Shown: piece by piece, positions 49,450-60,652 of the stretch | Numbering within the stretch: position 1 is the first letter of the stretch | Layout: every line of letters starts with the position of its first letter | Assembly (NCBI GenBank): GCA_965225855.1 | Contig: CBDDCK010000005.1 | Coordinates: forward strand, 800,001-864,000 | Direction of reading: 5' to 3' | DNA length: 64,000 nucleotides | Source of the DNA: Spirochaetia bacterium | Lineage (GTDB): Bacteria; Spirochaetota; Spirochaetia; SP-2023 | Program-made: the position numbers and the translations under genes | The notes under the pieces: model-generated | Databases searched by the model: none | Seen by the model: only the letters and a program-made list of their open reading frames with translations | What the model was told of the DNA's origin: nothing

Positions 49450-50835
49450 ATGGGAAATTTAGATACATTCATTGAAATTGCGTATTTGATCGGCGTTATG
49501 TTCTTCGTCGATGGTTTGAAAAAAATGAGTAACCCGAAAACAGCCCGCCAAGGAAACTTCCATGGGATTATTGGCATGGCTGTTGGTATTCTGGTAATTT
49601 TCATCGCCCCCTTAGAAGCTGCCAGCAATAACTATGGCTTAATTTTATTAGCGTTGTTAGCCGGTGGTGTTATTGGCTATATTGCTTCTGTGCGTGTGAA
49701 ACTAACGGCAATGCCAGAGCTGGTATCTTTGTTTAACGGCCTTGGCGGTGGTTGTTCCATGCTTATCGGTTTTATCGAATTATACAAAGTTCTAAACGGC
49801 CAAGAGACAACAATCCTTCAAGTCGTTACCGGTTTATTTGCCATTTTTATCGGTGCTATTACTCTTACTGGTTCACTGGTTGCTTGGGGCAAACTTTCTG
49901 GCAAATTGAGTGATAAATTGCGCTTACCTGCCTCGCAATTTATCAACTTAATTTTAATGGCTGGTGCTGTTTATGTCGGCGTAATGTTTATTCAAGATTA
50001 CCAGATCAACGGGCTGCTAATTTTCTTAGTTATATCGATGATCTACGGTTTTACTTTTGTTACCCCCATTGGTGGTGGTGATATGCCAGTGGTTATATCT
50101 TTGCTCAACTCGTTCAGTGGTATTGCCGCTGCTATATCGGGCCTATTGTACGATAATAACTTCATTGTTGTTGGAGGTATTCTGGTTGGTGCTTCCGGTA
50201 TTATTCTTACCGTTATGATGTGCCGCGCGATGAATCGTTCACTGGTAAACGTCTTGATCGGTGGTTTCGGTAGTAGCAGTGTGGCTGCAGGAGCCGAAGG
50301 TGGTGAATATCTCGAAATCAACTATTCCGATTTGGCAATTCAGTTAAAATACGCCAGTAAGGTTGCCGTGGTTCCTGGCTACGGCTTGGCTGCCGCACAG
50401 GCACAACATGCTTGTTACGAACTGGAAAAACAATTGGAATCGGACGGCGTACAATTCTTTTACGGTATTCACCCCGTTGCCGGACGTATGCCGGGCCACA
50501 TGAACGTATTGTTGGCGGAAGCCCAAGTGCCTTATGATAAGCTGCTAGATTTGGAACCCTCTAATGAACAATTCCCAACAACCGATGTGGTTTTGGTTAT
50601 TGGTGCCAACGACGTAGTAAACCCCGCAGCTAAAGATAGTCCCGGTTGTCCGATCTATGGTATGCCCATTCTCGAAGTGGACAATGCCAAGACAGTGGTA
50701 ATTTTAAAACGTGGTAGAGGTAAAGGTTATTCTGGTGTTGAAAACCCTTTGTTCTTTAAGGAAAACTCTCGAATGTTGTTTGGCGATGCTAAAGACAGCC
50801 TTTCTAAAATTAAAGCGGAAATTGCTAGTATGTAG
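49450..50835 (+). CDS. pntB: NAD(P) transhydrogenase beta subunit
   Basis: PIGGGDMPVVISLLNS, HPVAGRMPGHMNVLLAEA, GANDVVNP. Confidence 0.96.
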   Translation: MGNLDTFIEIAYLIGVMFFVDGLKKMSNPKTARQGNFHGIIGMAVGILVIFIAPLEAASNNYGLILLALLAGGVIGYIASVRVKLTAMPELVSLFNGLGGGCSMLIGFIELYKVLNGQETTILQVVTGLFAIFIGAITLTGSLVAWGKLSGKLSDKLRLPASQFINLILMAGAVYVGVMFIQDYQINGLLIFLVISMIYGFTFVTPIGGGDMPVVISLLNSFSGIAAAISGLLYDNNFIVVGGILVGASGIILTVMMCRAMNRSLVNVLIGGFGSSSVAAGAEGGEYLEINYSDLAIQLKYASKVAVVPGYGLAAAQAQHACYELEKQLESDGVQFFYGIHPVAGRMPGHMNVLLAEAQVPYDKLLDLEPSNEQFPTTDVVLVIGANDVVNPAAKDSPGCPIYGMPILEVDNAKTVVILKRGRGKGYSGVENPLFFKENSRMLFGDAKDSLSKIKAEIASM

Positions 50836-50850
50836 TTTCAAACAAGCTAT

Positions 50851-50882
50851 AAAAAAGGAGAGGCTAATAACTCTCCTTTTTT
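50851..50882 (+). terminator. Intrinsic (bidirectional) terminator
   Basis: AAAAAAGGAGAG-gctaataa-CTCTCCTTTTTT. Confidence 0.85.
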
Positions 50883-51149
50883 AGGGTTTGAGTAATTCTT
50901 AGCAATTAATGCCAAACCGCCAACAGCCCAACATTATCACCCAGCAATGGATTGTAATTTTGCCAGTTTATTTTAGGCATTGCCGTGATATAGCCAATTT
51001 TTGCGCCATTGTTGTGGCAAATTCTGTTTGGTCCATAATTATGGGCAGAGATTTTTTGTCTTCATCGCAGACTGCAATAGCACATTTGGTTTTCGTTCCA
51101 CCCATTTCTATGGTACCACAAATATATTTTTCCATTTGTTGCTTCCTCT

Positions 51150-54100
51150 TTACATGAATTCAACTTCTTTAATCGGCAATAAATTACAGTTTAGCAAATC
51201 TTGCTCTAAAGCCTTGCTAGGGCTAATACCAATATTGGGTGCAGCTTCGAGAATATATTCTGAATCTTGTTCTGTACGCACATGTAGGACAACAGGGTTT
51301 GAGCCACTGTGTTCGTAAAGTAAACTGCGGAAGTTTTCAGCAGCTTCTTCATTTTCTAACAAAGGTTGGTCTGGCTTTGGTTCCAAAAACAAATGCAATT
51401 CGGCATTGGGTTTTAGCGGAGCTTCCTCAATTGGGAATAATTCTTCAATAATTAATTGGGGTGGACGATTGCTCCTTTTTTTTACATTAGCACGCAAGCC
51501 AATAAAATTATTTTGTTGGATAAAATCAAAATAGCTGCAGCCATCTGGCAATTCTTTATTTAAAATCCTAGTGAATATAATAGCACTGATCTTGCCATAA
51601 AAATCCTCAAGTTCTAGCACAATCATCATTTTGCCCTGCTTAGTAGTAACCTCGCGCTTTTCCCGTACCATACAAATTACCGTATGTGCTCGATCACTTG
51701 GTGCATGTTCGGCTTGATCAAAACGCAGAGAACTGGAACGCTGCCATTGACGGCGATAGCGTTCTAATGGGTGCCCCGATACATATATCCTAAGCAATTC
51801 TAACTCTGCTTCTAAAATTTCGCTTGCTGGAAATTCCTCTTTTTCTTCAATATCAATTTGAATGGCCACTTCTTCACTACAATCATCAAACAAACTGGCA
51901 CCTATATTTTTATCTTTCTTACCAATAGTATGGAATAGAGATTCTAAATTGTAGAGCATGGTGGCTTGGTTATATTTTTTCTCTACATTGCGAAAAACTC
52001 CCGCTTTAATCAAAATACTCAAAGCTTTTCGGTTGACTTTTTTTAGGTCAACCCGTTCGACAAAATTCAAAAAACCTTTAAATTTCCCATGCTGTTCACG
52101 GTTTTCAATAATTTCTTCCACAACCGCACTACCCATATTTTTGATACCTTGCAAACCAAAAATAACATTACCACCCTCCACAGTAAAATAGCGCTCAGAA
52201 GTATTTATGTCAGGAGGCAGTAAATTAATGCGCATGCGGTTTAGCTCATTGATGTAATTGCGCAATGCATCTGGGTTGCCAATTTCATTCGTCAAGTTTG
52301 CTGCCATAAATTCAGCGGGAAAGTTGGCCCGTGAATAAGCTGTTTTATAGGCCAAAATGGAGTACGCTGCTGCATGAGATTTATTAAAACCATAACCAGC
52401 AAAAGGAATGAGCATTTCAAAAATCCATTCAGCTAGGCTTTGGCTATAGCCTTTTACTACAGCCCCTTCAATAAATTCCAACTTTAGGCTCTGCATTTCC
52501 TTTTCTTTCTTTTTGCCCATCGCTCGGCGCATAATGTCGGCCTTGCCCAAACTAAAGCCACCAATAATTTGAGCTACTTCCATAACCTGTTCTTGGTAAA
52601 CAATTACCCCGTAAGTTGGCTCTAGTGTTTTACACAAATCTTTATGGGGGTATTGAATTTTGCCTGGGTTCTTCTTGCCCTCAATAAACTGGTCAATAAA
52701 TTGCATTGGGCCGGGGCGATAGAGTGCATTTAAGGCAATTAAATCTTCCAGACTATTGGGTTTGGCATCGGCCAAAATTTTTTGCATACCTTCACTTTCA
52801 AATTGAAATACTGCCCGTGATTCGCCGCGGCCTAGCATAGCAAAAGTGACTTTATCGTCTTCGGCGATATTTTCAAATGAAAAATCTGGGATTCGCTTGC
52901 GTATTAAAGTCTGAATTTTGTTGAGTAGAGTTAATGTCTTGAGCCCCAAAAAATCCATTTTGACCAAACCGCAAGGCTCAATTAAATCCATGGTAAACTG
53001 GGTAGAAAATGCATCGTTTTTATCTTTGTGTAATGGCACATAGTGGCTAATGGGTTCGCGGCCAATCACAATGCCACAAGCATGGGTTGAAACATGGCGA
53101 TGCATACCTTCCAACAGAGTCGATATTTCAAATAGTTTTTTGTATTGTGGGCCTTTGTCAAAAAATTCTTGCAATCTAGGTTCTTTCTCTAGGGCTTGAG
53201 CCAAATTCTTGGCATCGTCTGGTACTAAAGAAGTAAGACTATTGGCTTCTTCAAATGGAACTTCAAAAATACGGGTTAGGTCTCTGAGAACAGCCTTGGT
53301 TTTTAGTGTACCAAAAGTGCAGATTCCAGCCACATTATCCTTACCGTATTTGCTTGTTACGTATTCAATTACTTCGTTGCGCCGCTCAAAGCAAAAATCA
53401 ATATCAAAATCTGGCATCGAAATACGTTCGGTGTTGAGGAAGCGTTCAAATAGCAAATTGTATTTCAACGGTTCTACATCGGTAATACCCAAAACATAGG
53501 CGATAATAGAGCCAGCACCCGAACCGCGCCCTGGGCCCACAGAAATACCATTGTCCTTGGCCCAGCAGATAAAATCCCAAACAATCAAAAAATAGCCAAT
53601 AAAATCCAGTTGGCAAATCGTGTTTAGCTCATACTCCACACGCTGAAAAATTGTATCGGTTAAAGATTCCCCATAGCGTTTTTTGCTACTGCGCCATACT
53701 AAGTTGCGGAAAAATTCTTCTGTCGAACTAAAGTTTGGGGGTATTTGGTAGATGGGCAGAATCGGCCCTGGCTCTGGCAGTGTTAGCTTGCATTGTTCTG
53801 CCAGTTTTACCGTATTGGCTAGGGCTTGTGGCATATCGCTAAACAACTCATACATCTCCTTTGGCGTTTTGAGATAAAACTCTGGCATGTCTAATTTCAT
53901 ACGCTTGCGATTCGTACTATTTACCGTTTCTTTGGTGGCGACACAAATTAAAACGCTATGGGCTTCTGCATGTTCTTTGCGCAGGTAATGAACATCATTT
54001 GTGGCAATAATTTCAATACCAGTGTTTTGTGAAATTTTTTGTACGGCTTTTATAACTGTTTCTTGTTCAGGGATGCCATGGCGCATCACTTCAAGCCAAT

Positions 54101-54668
54101 AATTGCCTGTTCCAAATAAATTGTGATAAAATATAGCCCGATTTTGCGCTTCTTCAAACTGGTTGGCCAAAATTAGCTGGGCGATTTCACCACCCAAACA
54201 AGCACTGGAAGCCATCAAACCTTCTCTGTGCTTGGCCAATAACTCATCGTCCATACGCGGTTTGTAGTGGAAACCTTCGGTATTGGATAGCGAAACCAGT
54301 TGCAGTAAATTGCGATAGCCAATTTCATTCTTGCAGTATAGCACCATATGGTAGTGGTAGCGTTTTTGTGCAAGTATCCGTGGATCTGGTGTTTTATTTT
54401 GGCGGTGGCTGTGGGCAATATAGGCTTCACAGCCAATAATAGGGTTTAGGCCCTTGGCCTGGCAACTTTTGTAAAAATGTATGGCACCAAATAGATTGCC
54501 GTGGTCGGTTAAAGCAATATGCTTCATACCCAATTCGCAAACGCGCTCACCATACCAAGCTATTTTTACCGCACCATCGAGCAGAGAAAAATCCGAATGG
54601 TTGTGTAAATGCACAAAAGGATATTTTTCGGCCTCACGCTGCAATTTTGTTTGTTCTATCTCAAACAT
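51150..54668 (-). CDS. dnaE: DNA polymerase III alpha subunit
   Basis: FVHLHNHSDFSLLDG, GPGRGSGAGS, MPDFDIDF, GYGFNKSH. Confidence 0.97.
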   Translation of the reverse strand: MFEIEQTKLQREAEKYPFVHLHNHSDFSLLDGAVKIAWYGERVCELGMKHIALTDHGNLFGAIHFYKSCQAKGLNPIIGCEAYIAHSHRQNKTPDPRILAQKRYHYHMVLYCKNEIGYRNLLQLVSLSNTEGFHYKPRMDDELLAKHREGLMASSACLGGEIAQLILANQFEEAQNRAIFYHNLFGTGNYWLEVMRHGIPEQETVIKAVQKISQNTGIEIIATNDVHYLRKEHAEAHSVLICVATKETVNSTNRKRMKLDMPEFYLKTPKEMYELFSDMPQALANTVKLAEQCKLTLPEPGPILPIYQIPPNFSSTEEFFRNLVWRSSKKRYGESLTDTIFQRVEYELNTICQLDFIGYFLIVWDFICWAKDNGISVGPGRGSGAGSIIAYVLGITDVEPLKYNLLFERFLNTERISMPDFDIDFCFERRNEVIEYVTSKYGKDNVAGICTFGTLKTKAVLRDLTRIFEVPFEEANSLTSLVPDDAKNLAQALEKEPRLQEFFDKGPQYKKLFEISTLLEGMHRHVSTHACGIVIGREPISHYVPLHKDKNDAFSTQFTMDLIEPCGLVKMDFLGLKTLTLLNKIQTLIRKRIPDFSFENIAEDDKVTFAMLGRGESRAVFQFESEGMQKILADAKPNSLEDLIALNALYRPGPMQFIDQFIEGKKNPGKIQYPHKDLCKTLEPTYGVIVYQEQVMEVAQIIGGFSLGKADIMRRAMGKKKEKEMQSLKLEFIEGAVVKGYSQSLAEWIFEMLIPFAGYGFNKSHAAAYSILAYKTAYSRANFPAEFMAANLTNEIGNPDALRNYINELNRMRINLLPPDINTSERYFTVEGGNVIFGLQGIKNMGSAVVEEIIENREQHGKFKGFLNFVERVDLKKVNRKALSILIKAGVFRNVEKKYNQATMLYNLESLFHTIGKKDKNIGASLFDDCSEEVAIQIDIEEKEEFPASEILEAELELLRIYVSGHPLERYRRQWQRSSSLRFDQAEHAPSDRAHTVICMVREKREVTTKQGKMMIVLELEDFYGKISAIIFTRILNKELPDGCSYFDFIQQNNFIGLRANVKKRSNRPPQLIIEELFPIEEAPLKPNAELHLFLEPKPDQPLLENEEAAENFRSLLYEHSGSNPVVLHVRTEQDSEYILEAAPNIGISPSKALEQDLLNCNLLPIKEVEFM

Positions 54669-54863
54669 AAACCCTCCTTTTAAGCTAAGGTTTGGGGAGT
54701 TTAGCCAATCAGCAAAAATTTGTCTAAGAATTTGGCTACATGTTCTAAAAAAGCAAACCTGCTTTTGCGCTATTCCAATGTTTGCTATCTCATAAAGTTT
54801 ATCCTAAGGCAAACATAGCCTAGCTATTCCATCTTATGAAATATTTTCTTACAATTCGCCGAT

Positions 54864-56327
54864 ATGAACCAAAAGATGAAAAACAAAAACAAGACAATCT
54901 TGCAAATCCGCCATGAATTTGCCCCTTCACAAGGCAAAAGTTACACCCAAATACCATTTGAAGTTTTGCCTAATACAGAATATATCTGCCTTCGTGGGCA
55001 CTACAAAAATCAAAACAAGCAAGAACATAATGGTGCGGTAGCCATAGGCTTAGCCGATGCAGCGCAACAAATCCGCGGTTGGAGCGTAAACCTAAACTGC
55101 ACCAAACAAATTTTAATTGGTGAAGAACAAGCCAGTTATGGCTATCTTGCCGGCCCCCTACAAGCGGGAACTTGGAATATTTTGCTCGGTAATAGCCGCT
55201 TCCACACCAGCCATATTGTGGTAGAAATTGAGTTAGAAATACAGCCGTGCCAACCCCGCATTATTCGCGGAGATATACATGGGCACTCGATATACAGCGA
55301 TGGTACGCACAGCGTTGAAACCAAACTACAGATGGCAAAAGAAAATAACTTGGATTTTCTGGCTTTTTCCGACCATAATTCTATAGGCCAAAATTTTTGC
55401 CTACCGACTAACCCTGATGTATTACTACTGGACTCCTGTGAAATAACCACTTACAATGGGCACGCAAATATCTTTGGTTATACAGAAAAACGCATCCCCA
55501 ATTTTATGTGCAGTAGCTCTGCTCAAATGCGCCAAGTTTTCACAGAGCTAAAACAACAAGGCAGTTATATTCAGTGCAATCATCCTATCCGAATTGGCGA
55601 TGTAAGGGGTTGCCAATGGGATTGGGATTACGATATGCCATTTGATTGGATCGAAATTTGGAATGGAGAATGGGGACTCAATTGCCGTGAAACGGTAAAA
55701 ATTTGGCAAAACTTTTTAGAACAAGGCCGCTTCTTAGCGGCGGTGGCCAATAGCGATTTTCACGATATCAATGCTAAACAGCAGGGCTACCCTTGTAATA
55801 ATGTTTGGGTAAGCAAAAAGACCAAACAAGAAATTTACCGTGCAATCGCCAAAGGCAATAATTACCTTACAGCTGCCCCACACCCGAAAAAAAGTTTTGC
55901 TGCCCAATGCCTTATTGTTAGCCAAACCTCAACTAACAATGAATTTAGGCCATTTGGTACAACCTTCCATAAATGTGCTTCTGTGTTGTTTGAATTGAGC
56001 GTGAACCAAGCATATTTAAAAAATTTGGCCACACAAGCTTCTCTAATTTTGCGTATTTGGAATGAATGGGGCTTGTGCTTGGAAATGGAATTACAAATAG
56101 CTGATTTCCAACAATGTAGCCAAAATGATGAAGGCGACCACAAATTCAGTCTAGAACTTAGCCATTTAGCAATCCAAGAAATGCAGCAGAAACGCCAAAA
56201 AGAACAACCATCTAACACTGGAAATAAGCTCTTGCGGTTTTTGCGTTTTGAATTATTCAGTTTGAAAGAGACTGACCCGAATACAGAAAAGGCCCTACTA
56301 TTGAGCAACCCAATTTTCTGGCAATAG
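54864..56327 (+). CDS. PHP-fold (CehA/McbA-like) metallohydrolase
   Basis: GDIHGHSIYSDG, FSDHN, EITTYNGHAN, NHP, NSDFH. Confidence 0.8.
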   Translation: MNQKMKNKNKTILQIRHEFAPSQGKSYTQIPFEVLPNTEYICLRGHYKNQNKQEHNGAVAIGLADAAQQIRGWSVNLNCTKQILIGEEQASYGYLAGPLQAGTWNILLGNSRFHTSHIVVEIELEIQPCQPRIIRGDIHGHSIYSDGTHSVETKLQMAKENNLDFLAFSDHNSIGQNFCLPTNPDVLLLDSCEITTYNGHANIFGYTEKRIPNFMCSSSAQMRQVFTELKQQGSYIQCNHPIRIGDVRGCQWDWDYDMPFDWIEIWNGEWGLNCRETVKIWQNFLEQGRFLAAVANSDFHDINAKQQGYPCNNVWVSKKTKQEIYRAIAKGNNYLTAAPHPKKSFAAQCLIVSQTSTNNEFRPFGTTFHKCASVLFELSVNQAYLKNLATQASLILRIWNEWGLCLEMELQIADFQQCSQNDEGDHKFSLELSHLAIQEMQQKRQKEQPSNTGNKLLRFLRFELFSLKETDPNTEKALLLSNPIFWQ

Positions 56328-56396
56328 TTTTATTACCAGATTGTGCTGACCTTTTCTAGTGTAAGAGCCAAATTTTGCCCTTACACTAGAAACTTT

Positions 56397-56711
56397 TTAT
56401 ACGTTCAACGAAAATTTTTCGATAAGCTGCTGTTTTGGAGCAAAGCCCATATGCCGGATTGTTTCCTCTCCAGCACGAAACAAAATGAGCGTGGGCACAG
56501 CCATGATATCAAACTTTCTCGCTGTCTCAGGTGCATCGCTGACATTTGCTTTTGCAATTTTTATTTTCCCCTGATATTCTTGATTTAGTTGTTCGAGTAT
56601 CGGGGCTATCATAGTACAAGGCGGGCATCCTTCACCCCAAAAATCAACTAATACGGGAATTTCAGATTTTTTAATTTCAAAGTCAAAATTGGTATCATTA
56701 ATAGCGATCAC
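56397..56711 (-). CDS. trxA: Thioredoxin
   Basis: VLVDFWGEGCPPC, VPTLILF. Confidence 0.9.
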   Translation of the reverse strand: MIAINDTNFDFEIKKSEIPVLVDFWGEGCPPCTMIAPILEQLNQEYQGKIKIAKANVSDAPETARKFDIMAVPTLILFRAGEETIRHMGFAPKQQLIEKFSLNV

Positions 56712-56749
56712 GCATATCTCCTTTGGCCTATGGCCTATAAATAAAAATT

Positions 56750-57520
56750 TTACCGATTATATTTTTTTATATTTTTTTGACTTTTAGCAAAATTAGAAAG
56801 ACGAAAATCCTCAATAATGGCAAAAAGTTTTGCCGATGCCGTTTGAATATCTTCTGGAGGCTCTTGCCTATCATTGTCTATACTTCTTTCTAATGTATAA
56901 TATAAAGTATTCAACCAAACACCAGCAAGGTGGATCGCATCTTGGGCTACGCGGACTCGTTCGGACTTGGTACCTCTATCGAGACAGACCATGTCATTAT
57001 AAAATTCAACCCCCTTGGGGGGGCGACTTTCTGTAATGCTATACACATCAGAAAGAGAACGTTCTAAACGGTCTACTTCCAATCCGATATCCGGGCTGAT
57101 ACCACCCATGTAATAGGCAGTGCCGTCCCAATAATCTCGAATAAATTGATGTATCGCACCATAAAGCTGAGAAACTTCTTTAATACTGTTATCATGAAGA
57201 GAGGCTAAAAGTGGGTATTTGGCCATTCCAGCTTGAATTTCTTTGAGAACCGATTCGGCAAAACCACCTTCATTACGCTCTTTATACGCTGCCTTTCGTT
57301 CTTTTATTGTTTCAGCTTCAGCTAAAAAACGCTCCATAAATTCCTGTTCGCCTTTTAAGAAGAATATAATATCGGCTTTCTTTTTTAGAGAATCTAAATA
57401 GCGGTCTTCAAAAGCTCTCTTGAGATAGGCTGCTTTTGGCAAATGCTCCATAATCTCATCATAGCTGCTGCGAATTCGGTCTAAGATTCTATCAATTTCT
57501 ACAAAGTAGTTATTAGCCAT
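56750..57520 (-). CDS. Hypothetical helical protein
   Basis: 256-aa ORF with natural composition, co-oriented with neighbours. No recognised motif. Confidence 0.75.
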   Translation of the reverse strand: MANNYFVEIDRILDRIRSSYDEIMEHLPKAAYLKRAFEDRYLDSLKKKADIIFFLKGEQEFMERFLAEAETIKERKAAYKERNEGGFAESVLKEIQAGMAKYPLLASLHDNSIKEVSQLYGAIHQFIRDYWDGTAYYMGGISPDIGLEVDRLERSLSDVYSITESRPPKGVEFYNDMVCLDRGTKSERVRVAQDAIHLAGVWLNTLYYTLERSIDNDRQEPPEDIQTASAKLFAIIEDFRLSNFAKSQKNIKKYNR

Positions 57521-57670
57521 AAAAGAAGCGCCTCCAGTTCAAGATATTGCTCAATTCTAAAAGTTTGTGAAAATTCAAAGTTCAAATTTTCTGATGATTA
57601 TACAAATTCAAGCAAGATTATACAATAACATACTCGCAGAAATTTAGGCTAAGCCTACAATTACCCAAAA

Positions 57671-58477
57671 TCAAGTGATGGCGCGTTGTTTGCGGATTTG
57701 CTCCCAAGCTTCTTGAATTTCACGGAAACGCTTTTCTGCACTGGCGCGCATTTCTGGCGGCAAACCCTGTTGTATTAGTGTATCGGGATGGGTCTCTTTA
57801 ACTAATTTGCGGTAGGCATTGCGAATTTCTTCGTTGCTAGCTTGAACAGAAACCCCTAAAATATCATAAGCCGTATCCATGGTAAAACTTTGTCCTTCAT
57901 AAAATTGGCTATAAACTTGACGGATGACGGTTTCATCAAAGTAAAAAGCTGCAGCGATTTCCCGCAATATCTGGTCTTCTGTGCGACTAATTTGCCCATC
58001 AATGGCTGCCATGCTTACCAGTGTATAAAAAAGTTGCTGCAATATGACCATACGATTTTGACCACGATAACTGAGCGGCATTTTATTAATAATCTGATAC
58101 AACTGGGAAGCAAATTCCTGATGGGTATAAGAACTGTTTTTAGCTTCATTAAAAGTGGAAATAGCAAATTGGCGTTGCTTTCCCTGTAGGCCCATTTGTT
58201 CGAGAATATCCAAAAAATGATGGCCTTCTTCCTCGCTAATTCGGCCATCTGCTTTGGCTACTTTGGCCAGCAAGGAAAATATTGCTGAAAAAAAGATTAC
58301 TTGATATGAATCGGTATTATAGGGGATTTCAATACTTTGGCTCTCACCTAAATTTGGGTGAGAACTTTCGTTGGCTTTATCCAACATGTGACCAATAGCC
58401 AACCCAATCATTGAGCCTATCGGGCCACCAAATAAAAAGCCAAGCCCACCTCCGAGTATGCGATTAAACCAACTCAT
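57671..58477 (-). CDS. djlA: DjlA-like co-chaperone (TM-TerB-J domain)
   Basis: GGGLGFLFGGPIG, AKADGRI, AYRKLVKETHPD. Confidence 0.85.
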   Translation of the reverse strand: MSWFNRILGGGLGFLFGGPIGSMIGLAIGHMLDKANESSHPNLGESQSIEIPYNTDSYQVIFFSAIFSLLAKVAKADGRISEEEGHHFLDILEQMGLQGKQRQFAISTFNEAKNSSYTHQEFASQLYQIINKMPLSYRGQNRMVILQQLFYTLVSMAAIDGQISRTEDQILREIAAAFYFDETVIRQVYSQFYEGQSFTMDTAYDILGVSVQASNEEIRNAYRKLVKETHPDTLIQQGLPPEMRASAEKRFREIQEAWEQIRKQRAIT

Positions 58478-58523
58478 GAAATTTCCTTCTACATTAGAAA
58501 TAAAATATAAAAATTGCGCTTTA

Positions 58524-59882
58524 CTACTTACTAAATTCCTGGCAAGCCCGATGGACTGTTGCCAAAATACGGGGAATATCTTTCTCTGGGATAGCAGAAA
58601 AGGCAAGACGCAAATATTTATTTTGCAAAGTAATTACCCCTATATCATATTTTTCCAGTATGTATTTGCGCAATGCATCTGCACTAAATGACTCTTGCTG
58701 TTTTATTTGTATTTCAAAAGTCATAAAATAGCCTGAGTTAAAAGGCAAAGCCTGAAGATATTGACTCCAATCTTTCGGGGAGGCAGCTAGGCATTGGCGT
58801 ACAGCACGATATCTTTGGGCTAAAATATTTTGCAAACTTTGGCGTTCAACTTGGGTTTCTTTCATTTGATAGGTGGCGAGCAACAATTCTTGGCTCAAGC
58901 GGCTGCTATTGGAAGTACTAAGTCGAACAGCAGCCCCAGCTTTTTGCTCCAGCACTTTACAAGCTTCGGCATTTTGATAGCCAAAACTAATAAAGCCCAC
59001 ACGCAAGCCCCAAGCAAAATCCTCTTTAGTGGCTCCATCGAGTTTCATAGCCAAAATATTGGGATGTAAGCCAGCAATAAAAGCAAACAGGGATTGTCGT
59101 TCGGTTTCTTCTTCATAGCAAAGCCCCCAGTAGGCATCATCACAAATAATTACAAGCTGCTTGCCATTTTGGGCTACTTGGAAAAATATCTCTTGCAATT
59201 TACTCATCTCATTTTTACTGGGACTATAACCAGTAGGGTTGTGCGGAAAATTAAACAATAAAACTTTTTTAATCCCAGGGGCGTCAATCTGTTCTTGGAG
59301 AGCTTGTAAATCTAAGCCATCACCATCAAACATGTTGTAATGTTTTAATCTAGCTCCACAATTGGCTTGGGCAATCAAACGGTAATTTGGCCAAAATAAA
59401 TGCGGCAATAAAAGCTCTTCCCCACGGCCCAAAAACATTTGAAACGTAATCCACAAACCCTGGGTAATCCCCCCCGTAACTACAGGAAGCGAGCTGTATT
59501 CTTTTTGCAAAGTGGTATTTTTTTCTAGCAATTGCTGTTGCCATAATTGGCGCAGTGGCAGCAAACCGTAGCTAGAGGCATACGGCACACACTGACTGGC
59601 ATCTAAATTGAGCATACGAGATATATGGCTATAATGCATGGGTTTACCCGTGTCATCTAGGGCAATACCGACTGTGGCATTGTAGCGGCTAGCTGCAGCT
59701 TCTTCAGCCTGTAGTAGTAGGCCTTGCAATGGATAATAAAGGCTCTTACCACAAGAACTTAAAATATCATATACCACAGGGGCTTGATTTTGTAATGTTT
59801 GGTTGAGAGTTTCAGCTTGTAAATCTGCATCGGGGAGCTTTAAGTTGGGCAAAGAATCTTCTGTAAAATAACTTTGGGGCAT
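58524..59882 (-). CDS. PLP-dependent class I/II aminotransferase
   Basis: NFPHNPTGY, DDAY, KLDGATKEDFAWGLRVGF. Confidence 0.9.
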   Translation of the reverse strand: MPQSYFTEDSLPNLKLPDADLQAETLNQTLQNQAPVVYDILSSCGKSLYYPLQGLLLQAEEAAASRYNATVGIALDDTGKPMHYSHISRMLNLDASQCVPYASSYGLLPLRQLWQQQLLEKNTTLQKEYSSLPVVTGGITQGLWITFQMFLGRGEELLLPHLFWPNYRLIAQANCGARLKHYNMFDGDGLDLQALQEQIDAPGIKKVLLFNFPHNPTGYSPSKNEMSKLQEIFFQVAQNGKQLVIICDDAYWGLCYEEETERQSLFAFIAGLHPNILAMKLDGATKEDFAWGLRVGFISFGYQNAEACKVLEQKAGAAVRLSTSNSSRLSQELLLATYQMKETQVERQSLQNILAQRYRAVRQCLAASPKDWSQYLQALPFNSGYFMTFEIQIKQQESFSADALRKYILEKYDIGVITLQNKYLRLAFSAIPEKDIPRILATVHRACQEFSK

Positions 59883-60054
59883 ATAAATTCCTAGGATATA
59901 AAATAATATTTTATTAGCAAAATAGAAATAATCAACTAATAATAGCGAATTATAGTAACGAATTATAGTAATAAAGGGAAGGTGGCATTTTTTCATCTAG
60001 TTTTTCAATCCAAAACTATAGCAGCTTTAACCACAGCAGCTTTAGTAGCTTAGT

Positions 60055-60541
60055 TTGTATCGGCTTTATTTTTCTGTGCTTTTCTGCAGTATTTTGGCAA
60101 ACCCAACTAAACAATCATGGTTCTCGACAGCTATTTTTACAAAGTATTTGCCTACCGTGGGAATGGCCTTATAACAACAATAGTATTTGGCAGCTTTGTA
60201 CCAAAAGAGGTTCTCTTAATACCTATTGAGAGGTTTTCTTAATGCCCATTAAGAGAGTCTCTTGATATCCATTAAGAGAGTTGCGGGATTGATAAAGATC
60301 AAAGCCACTAACCATAGGCGCTTGGGCTTGGGATTGCCAAAGCTAAAATCAACAAAAACCAGCAGCATGGCCAGCAGCATGGGCATGGTTTGGGTAAAGG
60401 CAGAAATAGACTTTTTGATAAACAATCCTTACTACAATATAATCGAGTGGAGGGATTATTGGCTAAAAAAGTAGTTGTCAAACAAAAATGAAAAAATAAA
60501 CAACTCACGGCTACTTTATTGGCTTTGATTGACTTCTTTTT
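60055..60541 (+). repeat. Dispersed repeat, copy 2 (487 bp; one extra 23-bp unit)
   Basis: Matches 13644-14108. Promoter motif at 60415-60443. Confidence 0.95.
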
Positions 60542-60652
60542 TTCAAGATTTACGACTTTAATCAGCCAATTAGCAGTAAAATGAATATTTTGGCATTGAG
60601 CAAAGAATGAGTATATCATTATGATTATCAGCCTTGGTATTAAGGATCGTCC

